Source: an uncultured Pseudomonadales bacterium
GTDB lineage: Bacteria; Pseudomonadota; Gammaproteobacteria; Pseudomonadales; JAHEIH01
Assembly (NCBI GenBank): GCA_964598145.1
Contig: CAZRAM010000002.1
Location: 403,795 to 467,794 of the forward strand
DNA: 64,000 nt
Direction: 5' to 3'
In this document: positions 49,935 through 59,045 of the stretch, piece by piece
How the letters are laid out: each line of letters begins with the position of its first letter
How positions within the stretch are numbered: position 1 is the stretch's first letter
Translations under genes and position numbers: made by a program
The notes under the pieces: model-generated
Told to the model about the DNA's origin: nothing
Databases searched by the model: none
Seen by the model: only the letters and a program-made list of their open reading frames with translations

Positions 49935-50321
49935 TCAATCGGTCTTGCTATGCTTTTGCAGCGCTTCCAAGGGAATAGTGAGCAGCGCGTTTTGGTGGCA
50001 GGCTTCCAAAAACACTGGAGGCGCCACCCCGGCTAGCAACGCTTCACCCCAGCGACTAGCGCACAGACACCAGCGATCGCCGGGTTTTAAACCGGGGAAT
50101 TCGTATTCGGGGCGAGGTGTCATCAAATTGTTGCCCCGGCTCAATGTGTACTGCAGAAATTCTTCCGTCATTTCAGCGCAAACCACGTGGCTACCCATAT
50201 CCATCGGCCCGGTGTGGCAAAATCCATCGCGATAAAAGCCTGTCTTTGGACTGCTACAACAGGGCTGTAGGGGCGTGCCGAGCACGTTTAACGCAGGTTT
50301 GGGCGTGTGTTGAGTTGTCAT
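49935..50321 (-). CDS. DUF2237-family protein
   Basis: ORF trimmed to ATG 50321 (MTTQHTPKPALNVLGTPLQPCCSSPKTGFYRDGFCHTGPMDMGSHVVCA...), the characteristic DUF2237 Cys pattern. The ATG overlaps the TauE stop (ATGA). Confidence 0.8.
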   Translation of the reverse strand: MTTQHTPKPALNVLGTPLQPCCSSPKTGFYRDGFCHTGPMDMGSHVVCAEMTEEFLQYTLSRGNNLMTPRPEYEFPGLKPGDRWCLCASRWGEALLAGVAPPVFLEACHQNALLTIPLEALQKHSKTD

Positions 50322-51055
50322 GGGAATACCACCTGGTACATGAGTCTGGCGCCGACCGCGATCATGGAAAAGTAGCTGAGGCGATAGACGAGTTTGTCGG
50401 ATACATGTTTTACGATGAAGGCACCTAAATAGACACCCACCGGCGCCAGTGGCAATAGCCACAGTGCCAAAGACAACGTGTCGCCGCTGAAATAACCTAG
50501 GCTGGCGTAGGGGACTACCTTGACCAAGTTCACCACCGCAAAATATACCGCGCTGGTACCGGCCAGCAAGAAGCGGTTAAAGGATTGTTGCAGCAGGTAG
50601 ACCTTGATTGGAGGCCCGCCGGCGTGGATGCCAAAACTGGTAAAGCCCGATACGCCACCCCAAAAATACCCCCACGGTTTACTACCGCCAAAGTGCATGT
50701 TTTCACCCCAGCCGCGCAGATAGTAGATGCCAAAGAACATGGCCATGGCACCGATACCAAAACGCACCCAATCCTCGGGTAGAAAGTGGAAGGTGAAACT
50801 GCCTACGACAATACCCACTAGCGCGCCAGGAAGGATGACTTTGATGGTCTCGAGGTGAAAACTTTTGCGATAGCGCCAAAGCGCGAAGACATCCATGGCG
50901 ATCAGTAGGGGCAATAAAATGGCCGCCGCCTTGAGTGGCGGAAAGCTGCTGCTCATGAGTGGAACGCCGATCATAGTGGTGCCTGCCACGCCGCCTTTAG
51001 ACATGCCTACCAAGACCACCGCGAGAGCCGCGGGTAACCAAACCCAAAATTCCAT
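50318..51055 (-). CDS. TauE/SafE-family sulfite/organosulfur exporter
   Basis: 245 aa with 7-8 TM helices and the typical GVAGTTMIGVPLM and LGAFIV segments. Confidence 0.82.
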   Translation of the reverse strand: MEFWVWLPAALAVVLVGMSKGGVAGTTMIGVPLMSSSFPPLKAAAILLPLLIAMDVFALWRYRKSFHLETIKVILPGALVGIVVGSFTFHFLPEDWVRFGIGAMAMFFGIYYLRGWGENMHFGGSKPWGYFWGGVSGFTSFGIHAGGPPIKVYLLQQSFNRFLLAGTSAVYFAVVNLVKVVPYASLGYFSGDTLSLALWLLPLAPVGVYLGAFIVKHVSDKLVYRLSYFSMIAVGARLMYQVVFP

Positions 51056-51205
51056 AATGTCCCCTTCTAGAGGTCGCTACGGTAAACAATTCAAACCATC
51101 CTGCCAAGCACAAGCTTGCCGTGGCATTTTTGGCCGCATTGCCAGTCGGGGCTAGCGCTACCGCTGTGCTTCACCAACAATGGGGTTTTTTTGTAGGGGA
51201 ATTCC

Positions 51206-52579
51206 ATGAACAGCGTGATTAAAACTTGCTTTGCCGTCGTGTTGGCGGCTAATAGTGTTTGGGTCTCAGCGTCTGACGATGTTCGCGGCCAGGCCATCAC
51301 CATTCAAGAGGCCGCGCGCGCCGATCTTACCGGCTATCACTTAGTGCGCGATCTGACCACCGAAGTAGGTGCTCGCATGCCGGGTACCGAGGCTGATAAG
51401 CGCGGGGTAGATTGGATGGTGAAGCGTTTTAAAGCGTTGGGCTTTGACAAAGTTTGGACCGAGCCGGTGACCTTTCCCAACTGGGTGCGCGGTGCGGAAA
51501 AGGCCTGGGTCAATGCCCCATTTAAGCAGGACCTACATATCACCGCACTGGGTGGCTCGGTGGGTACCGAGGGGCCGGTGAGCGGCGACGTGGTGATGTT
51601 CGCCGATCTTGAGTCCTTAAAACAGGCGGATCCAGCCTTGGTGGCGGGTAAAATTGTCTATGTGGCTAAGCGCATGTTTCGGCATATTGAAGGGGCTGGT
51701 TACGGCGAGGCGGTAGTGGCGCGGGCGCAGGGTGCAGGTGTGGCCGCTGAAAAAGGCGCCGCAGCCTTTTTGATCCGCTCCATCGGCACCGATAGTCATC
51801 GCTTCCCACACACCGGTATGATGTCGGCGCGCCCTAACATTGTGGCGGCGGCCTTGAGTAATCCCGATGCCGACCAATTGGAACGATTGTTGGCCAAGCA
51901 CGCTATCAGCGTGACTATCGATGTGAATGCTGGCTTTCAAGGCGAGTACACCTCGCACAACGTCATCGCCGATATCACCGGTAGCGAGTTCCCTGAAGAA
52001 ATCATTCTAATTGGTGGCCACTTGGATTCGTGGGATCTGGGCACCGGTGCCATCGATGACGGGGCGGGTATAGGTATTACCACCGGCGCCGCGGTACAGT
52101 TTTTGAAGCAGGGGCAGCGCCCCAAACGCACCATCCGGGTGGTGGCCTTTGCTAACGAAGAGCAGGGTTTGATCGGCGCTTACCACTACGCTAAAGCCCA
52201 TGAAGCCGAGCTCGATAAGCACATTGTGGCGTCAGAATCAGATTTCGGCGCCGGCCCAGTGTGGAGTTGGGTAACCAATATCGACGAGCCACTGCCCACC
52301 TGGATGAACGTGGCGCGCGAAGTGATGATGGGTCTTGAGATTCCCTATCGTGGCAATCACGCCACGGGGGGTGGGCCAGACATCATTCCCCTGTTTCAAA
52401 AAGGCGTTAAGGTATTTCGCTTGAATCAGGATGGTCGCGATTATTTCGACCTGCACCACACCGCCGACGATACTTTTGACAAGATCGATCGCGACGCCTT
52501 TCAACAGAATGTCGCGGCGTGGGCGACCATGTTATATTTCTTCGCCCAGCAACCCGCGGTTGCCACCGAACAGAAATAG
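51206..52579 (+). CDS. secreted M28-family aminopeptidase with PA domain
   Basis: 457 aa with a signal peptide. M28 blocks HNVIADITG, LIGGHLDSWDLGTGAIDDGAG, FANEEQGLIG and HHTADD. Confidence 0.85.
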   Translation: MNSVIKTCFAVVLAANSVWVSASDDVRGQAITIQEAARADLTGYHLVRDLTTEVGARMPGTEADKRGVDWMVKRFKALGFDKVWTEPVTFPNWVRGAEKAWVNAPFKQDLHITALGGSVGTEGPVSGDVVMFADLESLKQADPALVAGKIVYVAKRMFRHIEGAGYGEAVVARAQGAGVAAEKGAAAFLIRSIGTDSHRFPHTGMMSARPNIVAAALSNPDADQLERLLAKHAISVTIDVNAGFQGEYTSHNVIADITGSEFPEEIILIGGHLDSWDLGTGAIDDGAGIGITTGAAVQFLKQGQRPKRTIRVVAFANEEQGLIGAYHYAKAHEAELDKHIVASESDFGAGPVWSWVTNIDEPLPTWMNVAREVMMGLEIPYRGNHATGGGPDIIPLFQKGVKVFRLNQDGRDYFDLHHTADDTFDKIDRDAFQQNVAAWATMLYFFAQQPAVATEQK

Positions 52580-52588
52580 GAAATCGCC

Positions 52589-53641
52589 ATGCGCTACAAC
52601 AAACTCGGCAGTACCCCACTCGACGTTTCACGTGTCTGTTTGGGCACCATGACGTGGGGTAAGCAGAACACCCAGGCCGATGCCGATGCGCAAATCGAAT
52701 ATGCCCTCGCACAGGGGGTGAACTTCTTTGATACCGCCGAGATGTACGCTATTCCTCCCTCGGCGGATACCTACGGCAAGACCGAGGCCATCATTGGCGA
52801 TTGGTTGTCGCGCAACCCCGGTCGCCGCAGCGAATTTGTGTTGGCCAGCAAAATTGCCGGCAATGGTTTGGGTTGGATCCGCAACGGCGCTGATATAACA
52901 GGTGCCAACATCGAATTGGCGGTGGATGCTTCGCTGCAGCGTTTGCAAACCGACTGCATCGATCTGTACCAGCTGCACTGGCCCAATCGCACAAGTCCGA
53001 GCTTTGGCAAGCACCACGAGGGGATGATCTCGTTTGCCAACAATCGCAAAGAGGTTATCGAAGCTGATCTATTGGATATTTTGCAGGGCTTACAGCGCTG
53101 TATTGAGGCGGGTAAGATTAAGTATTTCGGCCTTTCTAACGATACCCCTTGGGGCATTCAGGCCTTTATTCGCGTGGCCGAAAAGCACGGCTTGCCGAAA
53201 CCCGTTTCGATCCAAAACGAATTCAGCCTAATCATGCAAAAGGATTGGCCATACACGCTAGAGATGTGTCACTACGAAGACGTCGCTTATCTGCCGTGGT
53301 CGCCGCTGGCGACGGGAGCCCTGTCGGGCAAGTACCTACATGGTGCCATGCCGGCCGGCACTCGCTGGTCAATGGGCCACCGCCACGGACTGTTCAGAGA
53401 TACCCCGCGCTCTCAGGCCGCCATTGCTGATTACGTCGAGCTGGCCCATAGCTTCGGGATCACTCCATCGCAGTTAGCCCTGGCGTGGTGCGATCAGGTG
53501 GAGGGTGTGACCTCGACTATTATCGGTGCCACTAGCATGGAAAATTTGCGTGAGAACATAGCCGCGTTTGATATTACCTTGAGCGCTCAACAATTGGCTG
53601 ATATCAGGGCAATCAATAAGCGACACATCGCACCGTTCTAA
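52589..53641 (+). CDS. NADP(H)-dependent aldo/keto reductase (Tas-like)
   Basis: 350 aa with blocks LGTMTWG, FFDTAEMY, DLYQLHWP and GLSN. Confidence 0.9.
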   Translation: MRYNKLGSTPLDVSRVCLGTMTWGKQNTQADADAQIEYALAQGVNFFDTAEMYAIPPSADTYGKTEAIIGDWLSRNPGRRSEFVLASKIAGNGLGWIRNGADITGANIELAVDASLQRLQTDCIDLYQLHWPNRTSPSFGKHHEGMISFANNRKEVIEADLLDILQGLQRCIEAGKIKYFGLSNDTPWGIQAFIRVAEKHGLPKPVSIQNEFSLIMQKDWPYTLEMCHYEDVAYLPWSPLATGALSGKYLHGAMPAGTRWSMGHRHGLFRDTPRSQAAIADYVELAHSFGITPSQLALAWCDQVEGVTSTIIGATSMENLRENIAAFDITLSAQQLADIRAINKRHIAPF

Positions 53642-53710
53642 AAATGTGATTGTCTTTTTTCAGTGTCGGTATAGAATGGCGCCTTACTTTAGCTATTTCT
53701 AATTTAAGCG

Positions 53711-53989
53711 ATGAAAAGAGAAGATCCCAACCACCCCGGCAACCCATCGGTCGCCAAAGAAAAATGGCAGCCCCGCTCCTATTTTGAAACACCCGATGAG
53801 GGTGTAGAGCCGCTAACGTTTTGGGAAACGTTTCGCTCCATCCTGCTCGGCCACCTCGGTGTAGCCTCGGCCAAACAGCGCGAGGAAGATTTTAACCGCG
53901 CCAATGGTTGGCACGTGTTGGCTGTGGGCATTCTCTATACCGCCATTGTGACGTTCATCATGATTGGTGTGGCGGTGTATCTTTCTTAG
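53711..53989 (+). CDS. DUF2970-like small membrane protein
   Basis: 92 aa. The C-terminal pattern LLGHLGVASAKQREEDF...single TM helix recalls DUF2970. Confidence 0.55.
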   Translation: MKREDPNHPGNPSVAKEKWQPRSYFETPDEGVEPLTFWETFRSILLGHLGVASAKQREEDFNRANGWHVLAVGILYTAIVTFIMIGVAVYLS

Positions 53990-54058
53990 CATCATCAACC
54001 TTAATGCTGCTGGAATAATGTTAGAATTCTATTTTTTCTAACGAGCGCGAATACCGTC

Positions 54059-54808
54059 ATGTTAAAAGCCCTGTTTTTCGATATGGATGAGACCCTGTGC
54101 GATACCGCCCATGCCAACGCGGTGGCAAAAAAGCTATTTGCTAGCGCGCTGCACAAACAATTGGGTGAGGGTTTTGATGGTGCCCACGTGGCCGACGAAT
54201 ACGTGCGCGGTATCTATCGCGAGTGGACAGAGGCGGAGCACGCGCGCTATATGCCGATCGTTGAGCACGAGGGCGAAAAAGCCTTCCGTGTTCAATTGAT
54301 TGCCGATTTAGCGCAACAATACGCCGGGCGCGAGATAGACAGTAACGCCGCCGCAAAGCTGTTGGATAAGTTCGATAGCGACCGCCTAAAACACTTCGAT
54401 TTCTACCCGGGTATTAGGGAGTTTTTACTCGATGCGCGCGAGTATTTCACCACCGTGGTCATCACCAATGGCCCGGAGCATTCCCAGTTACCCAAGTTGG
54501 CGGCGGTCAATATGGAAGACTACGTCGACTACATCATTGTGGGTGGGCAGGAGCCGGCGCAGAAACCTGCCGCCTCGATCTTTGAAAAAGCCTTGGGATT
54601 AGCCGGTTGTGAGGCACACGAAGCGATACACGTGGGAGATAGTTTAGCGGCCGATATCGCCGGCGCTAAAAACGCCAAAATTACCTCGGTGTGGATCCAA
54701 CACCAGCAACCACTCGATGCTGAACTGGGTATCAAACCCGAGCATACCTTGCTCCACCCCAACGAAATCCCCGCCTTGCTGTTGCAACTTGGCGGGGTGC
54801 GCTTTTAA
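54059..54808 (+). CDS. HAD-superfamily hydrolase (subfamily IA)
   Basis: 249 aa with motif I FFDMDETL, motif II VITNG and motif III/IV K...GDSLAADI. Confidence 0.85.
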   Translation: MLKALFFDMDETLCDTAHANAVAKKLFASALHKQLGEGFDGAHVADEYVRGIYREWTEAEHARYMPIVEHEGEKAFRVQLIADLAQQYAGREIDSNAAAKLLDKFDSDRLKHFDFYPGIREFLLDAREYFTTVVITNGPEHSQLPKLAAVNMEDYVDYIIVGGQEPAQKPAASIFEKALGLAGCEAHEAIHVGDSLAADIAGAKNAKITSVWIQHQQPLDAELGIKPEHTLLHPNEIPALLLQLGGVRF

Positions 54809-54811
54809 GCG

Positions 54812-56149
54812 CTAGCGGCGGTTGCCCCAGGGGTTGGTTGCATCACCTGCCGGGCGTTTGCGGCGGCGCGGTTTGCTGTTCTTTTTCGGGGCGGCCTTGG
54901 CCGTGGTTGGCTGAGTTTTGTTGGTGTTAGCCGGGGCGTGGTCGGTCTTCGGCTTCTTCGGTTTTTTGGGCTTTTTCGGCTTGCGCGGTGGTTTCAGCTC
55001 CGTGACCGGCAGCGGGAAGTTGGGCTCAAAACCTTCCATTTCTCGGCGTTCAAGCAATTTCTGAATGACCTGCTCGATATCGCGCAGTTGCTCTAATTCG
55101 TCGGCACTCACCAAAGAAATCGCTTCACCGGTGCTACCGGCACGCCCCGTGCGACCAATGCGGTGTACGTAGTCTTCGGGCACGTTGGGCAGGTCGAGGT
55201 TTATGACGTGGGGCAGTTCTTTAATGTCGATACCGCGCGCGGCGATATCCGTCGCCACCAACACCTGAATGCTATTATCTTTAAACGCCTGCAGCGCCTT
55301 GGTACGGGCACCTTGGCTTTTGTTGCCGTGAATCGCCGCCGCGCTGATATCGGCCTTGTTCAGTTTCTCCACCAGGCGGTTGGCGCCGTGTTTGGTGCGG
55401 CTAAATACCAGCACTTGGTGCCAATCATTCTGCTTCAACAAGTGAATAAGGGCGGCCGGCTTGTTGGCCTTATCAATAGGAACAATCCACTGGTCCACGG
55501 TGTGGGCGGTGGCGTTTTCCGGTGACACGGAAATTTCACTCGGGTTGTGCACGATCTCTTTCGCCAGGTCTTTGATATCGGGCGAAAAGGTGGCCGAAAA
55601 CATCAAGTTTTGGCGCTGCTTAGGAAGCAGGGCGATGATCTTGCGAATATCGCGGATAAAACCCATGTCGAGCATGCGGTCGGCTTCGTCGAGGACAAAG
55701 ATATCGATTTGGTCAAACTTAATGGCGTTTTGTTGGTGCAAGTCCAGCAGGCGACCGGGGGTGGCGATGAGGATATCGACGCCGCCGCGCAAGCGCTGCA
55801 TTTGTGGATTGATCTTAACGCCTCCAAAAACTACGTCACTGCGAATGCGAGTGTGTTTGCCATAGTGGTAGGCGTTGTCTTGCACCTGAGCCGCCAATTC
55901 ACGGGTCGGCGTCAATACCAGTGCACGCACGCTGTTAGCCTTAACTTTCGGGCCCTGTAGCAGCTTTTCAATAATCGGCAGAATAAAGCCGGCGGTTTTG
56001 CCCGTGCCCGTTTGCGCGGCAGCGAGTACATCACTACCCGCCAAAATCGGCTTAATGGCTTGTGCTTGGATGGGCGTGGGGGAGGTGTAACCCTTTTCCT
56101 CTAAGGCGCGGAGGATGTCGGGGGAAAGACCGAGGTCGGTAAATAACAT
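54812..56149 (-). CDS. rhlE: DEAD-box ATP-dependent RNA helicase RhlE
   Basis: 445 aa with the Q motif, [30 protein letters not shown] and a basic tail containing [12 protein letters not shown]. Confidence 0.92.
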   Translation of the reverse strand: MLFTDLGLSPDILRALEEKGYTSPTPIQAQAIKPILAGSDVLAAAQTGTGKTAGFILPIIEKLLQGPKVKANSVRALVLTPTRELAAQVQDNAYHYGKHTRIRSDVVFGGVKINPQMQRLRGGVDILIATPGRLLDLHQQNAIKFDQIDIFVLDEADRMLDMGFIRDIRKIIALLPKQRQNLMFSATFSPDIKDLAKEIVHNPSEISVSPENATAHTVDQWIVPIDKANKPAALIHLLKQNDWHQVLVFSRTKHGANRLVEKLNKADISAAAIHGNKSQGARTKALQAFKDNSIQVLVATDIAARGIDIKELPHVINLDLPNVPEDYVHRIGRTGRAGSTGEAISLVSADELEQLRDIEQVIQKLLERREMEGFEPNFPLPVTELKPPRKPKKPKKPKKPKTDHAPANTNKTQPTTAKAAPKKNSKPRRRKRPAGDATNPWGNRR

Positions 56150-56257
56150 GCTATGTGCTCATTGCTAACAGGCGCGCACTTTAGCATTTTGCGGGTCTAA
56201 TCGCGATGAAAAAAGCGTCAAGAGGAGGTGTTTCTGGGAATAGTGATACGCCCATGG

Positions 56258-56956
56258 TTAGGGGCGTTTTAAATAGTCTTCAAAAAACGGCGCCAAGTCC
56301 TCTAGGCTTTCTTTCAAGAACTCCGATAAATTCTTGGCGTGGATATCCAGTTTTACCAGGGAATTAATTTCCACTAGGCGCCCAGATTTTTGTAGTCGCC
56401 GAGCGAAACCGCTATTGACCTTTTCCATGTCGCGATAAATGGTTTCCAGTCCTGCTAAATTGTCACTATTTTGGGCGCTAAGATGTTGTCCAATCAGGTA
56501 GGTGGCCAGCGCGCGGAAGGCGGTTTCTGTTTCGCTGGCTAGCGGCAGATGCATACGCGCCATCGGTTTGAAAAAAGTCGTGTAGGGGCAGCCGGTGGTG
56601 GCCATGATGAGCCCCATCAACGACGCGAAGGCGCTCGCCATATTGGTTTGGGTGATTACCGTACGCTCGGCGGACGTCACTTCCAAGCTGACCTCGGTAT
56701 AGGACAATTCTTGACCCAGCCGGTTCACGGCGTCTTGCAAGTGGTGGGCAGGTGGGCAAACGGGGGTGTCACTAGGTTGCAATGGGCAGTGTTCGCATTG
56801 CTGAAACCCCAGTGCTGTCCACGTAGCCGGTGGCGGCAGATCGCTGGCGATCAAATCCATATTTTGGGGATTGAAGGCCATCTGAAACTGTTCTTCACGA
56901 CCGTCTTGGAAGCGAAAGATATATTGAATGTGAATGGCCATCGCGGTCGACGTCAC
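56258..56956 (-). CDS. conserved hypothetical Cys-containing protein
   Basis: 232 aa from GTG 56956, or 227 aa from ATG 56941 (MAIHIQYIFRF...). Contains C-E-H-C-P...V-C-P and C-P-Y. No signal peptide. Lies 75 nt downstream of the TonB-dependent receptor on the same strand. Confidence 0.55.
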   Translation of the reverse strand: MTSTAMAIHIQYIFRFQDGREEQFQMAFNPQNMDLIASDLPPPATWTALGFQQCEHCPLQPSDTPVCPPAHHLQDAVNRLGQELSYTEVSLEVTSAERTVITQTNMASAFASLMGLIMATTGCPYTTFFKPMARMHLPLASETETAFRALATYLIGQHLSAQNSDNLAGLETIYRDMEKVNSGFARRLQKSGRLVEINSLVKLDIHAKNLSEFLKESLEDLAPFFEDYLKRP

Positions 56957-57031
56957 GCCTCTAATTTTGGATTATTTCAGCATAGTCCAAAATTGAGGCG
57001 CTCGGCCGTATTTATAACAATGTTGCGTAGC

Positions 57032-58828
57032 CTACCAGCGGTAGTCGTAACTCAGACTGGCGCTGCGGCCCATGCCCGGAGTACCGGGGTACATTTGAAA
57101 ATCATCATCGCTGAGGTTGTCGACCAATAGGGAAAATTGGTGCTGTACGCTTGGCGTCCAAACGGTTGAAAGTCGCGCGAAAAACGCTTCTCGTGACGAG
57201 CGACGCAAGGTGTTGGGGGCCTGTTTGCGATATTCGGTATCCAGTTGAAGCGCCACTTGGCGACTCACCTGCCACTGTGCCGCTAAAGTGCTGCGCACCT
57301 TGGCGTAGTTGAGGGCATAGTAACTCGCATCGACCAGGTCAGTGGCGTATTGGAAATCCTTGTTAAGCAGCGTGACACCAACGCGAAGCCAGAACGCATC
57401 GCGCTGTAAGCTGGCTTGAAGCTGAGCCCCACTTACATCGTTGTCCATGGCGTTGGCTTGTCGAGCGTAGGGCGATTGGCTGGCATAGGTCCAGTCGGCC
57501 ACATCCTGCTCACCGCGCCAGAAAATAGACGCTTCTAGCTGCCCATTTGAGTAGGCCTTCTTTACACCTAGTTCCACTTGCTCCGCGCGCTCGCGCGATA
57601 ACTCGGGATTACCACCGAAAAGCCCAGATGTACCGGATTGCAGGGCGGTATAGCCGGGTAGTTGGCTAGTGCGGGCATAATCGACAAAGGCTGCCCAGAG
57701 TGAAGACGCGGGCTGCCATTCGAAGTAGGCATAGGGTTGCAGGGTATCGCTGTCACGGTTGCTGATGTCGCAGCTGAGACCGATATCGTATTGCAAGGTC
57801 CCATCGCTAAACACTTGTTGCTGGCGCACACCTAGGCTGCCTGTTAGATACTGGCGGCTTGTGAAGTTGCCGTGGGTCAGATCTGTGGACGAGACCAGTT
57901 TGTCGCCTGTCCACTGTGCGCGGTAGTGGAACATATCGCGCGCGCCTTCAATCGCCAAACCATAGCTCGCAGTCTCGTGTTCAAATGCGCCGGCCACGCC
58001 GGTTTCAAGGGTGCGGCGGTCAAAGTCGTAGTTATCGACTACGCGGCGGTAGTAGCCGCCCACTCGGGTATCACCTTGCTGGTGATTGAATAACATCAGG
58101 TCGGTATCGGTGTGGTCAGTTTCAGGCAGGCTGGCAAATCCAGTATAGGCGCCGGGCCAGCCGAAAAACTGGTGCTGGCTGGCTAGGATCAGAGCGCTTT
58201 GACTCTCGCCCGTGTCGCGCTGCACAGCTAAGTTAATGCGCTGGAAGTGGTGGTCGCCATTGTCGATGGTGCCATCGCCTACGCTTCGTTCCGCGGCAAC
58301 GGCGATTGTGTAGTGGCCGTCAAGGTTTTGCGAATACAGTGCTGATTGGCTATTAAATCGGTCACTACCTGCACTTAGGCCTACGCGGCGGGTGGCTTCG
58401 TTAATATCGAGATCATAGCGCAGGGTAGCGACGGTGGCGTTAAAGCCCTCTATTGCGTTTTGCGCACCAGTTAACACACCGCCAAAGGTCAGCAGTTCGG
58501 GGCTGATGGGCAGGTTGGCCGTGTAGTGTCCGGTTTGCGGATCCATCAAGACCACTGCACCGACTTTGACCGAGGTGCTTTCAAACATGCTACCGCGCAC
58601 GGTGATATCGGCTTGGCCTTCGGCTAGACCTCGGCTGTAGATTTCGACTTGTGGATCGTAAGCCAAGCTTGTGGCAATGGAGGCAAGGCTCGTGGCTGCC
58701 TGGCTGTTGGCTACACGACCGGCTTGTACGGTTACTTCTTCAAGGGTGTTGGCCAGAAGGGTAGAGGGGGCAAAAAGACAACTGCTGACGAAGGCGGCCA
58801 GCAGGGGGCGTCGAGCGTAGGCTGACAT
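57032..58828 (-). CDS. TonB-dependent outer-membrane receptor (small, 598 aa)
   Basis: Signal peptide, a plug start LEEVTVQAGR and a terminal ...SLSYDYRW aromatic residue. A Fur box lies upstream. Confidence 0.85.
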   Translation of the reverse strand: MSAYARRPLLAAFVSSCLFAPSTLLANTLEEVTVQAGRVANSQAATSLASIATSLAYDPQVEIYSRGLAEGQADITVRGSMFESTSVKVGAVVLMDPQTGHYTANLPISPELLTFGGVLTGAQNAIEGFNATVATLRYDLDINEATRRVGLSAGSDRFNSQSALYSQNLDGHYTIAVAAERSVGDGTIDNGDHHFQRINLAVQRDTGESQSALILASQHQFFGWPGAYTGFASLPETDHTDTDLMLFNHQQGDTRVGGYYRRVVDNYDFDRRTLETGVAGAFEHETASYGLAIEGARDMFHYRAQWTGDKLVSSTDLTHGNFTSRQYLTGSLGVRQQQVFSDGTLQYDIGLSCDISNRDSDTLQPYAYFEWQPASSLWAAFVDYARTSQLPGYTALQSGTSGLFGGNPELSRERAEQVELGVKKAYSNGQLEASIFWRGEQDVADWTYASQSPYARQANAMDNDVSGAQLQASLQRDAFWLRVGVTLLNKDFQYATDLVDASYYALNYAKVRSTLAAQWQVSRQVALQLDTEYRKQAPNTLRRSSREAFFARLSTVWTPSVQHQFSLLVDNLSDDDFQMYPGTPGMGRSASLSYDYRW

Positions 58829-58853
58829 GGTGAAACTCCGCGCTAAAAAAGGC

Positions 58854-58872
58854 GCAGATGATAATCATTTGC
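58854..58872. promoter_or_regulatory. Fur box upstream of the TonB-dependent receptor
   Basis: gcagATGATAATCATTtgc contains 12 contiguous matches to the core of GATAATGATAATCATTATC, about 14/19 overall. It lies 26-44 nt upstream of the receptor ATG. Confidence 0.65.
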
Positions 58873-59045
58873 AATAATAACTCAACCGCATTGGCGGCAT
58901 TTTTAGTCTGATTTCGTATGTATCAAAATAATCGAGCAATATTTACGCAATTAATCGCTGAATAGTTTACTGGCGACCTTGAGCGCTAGCGCTGAGGCAG
59001 TAAGAACAATTATCTCCCACCCCAGCTTATTCGATTAAACGTAAC

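Noticed and set aside
54020-54042. Inverted repeat gttagaa-N9-ttctaac after the DUF2970-like gene
   Set aside because: It is an AT-rich 7-bp stem with no following U-tract, too weak to call a terminator or operator.
58829-59045. Looked for a cobalamin riboswitch upstream of the small BtuB-sized TonB-dependent receptor, and at 3635-3711 upstream of the Btu-like operon
   Set aside because: I could not find a B12-box-like (GCCACTG) or conserved riboswitch core sequence. The receptor leader instead carries a Fur box and is too short for a riboswitch.
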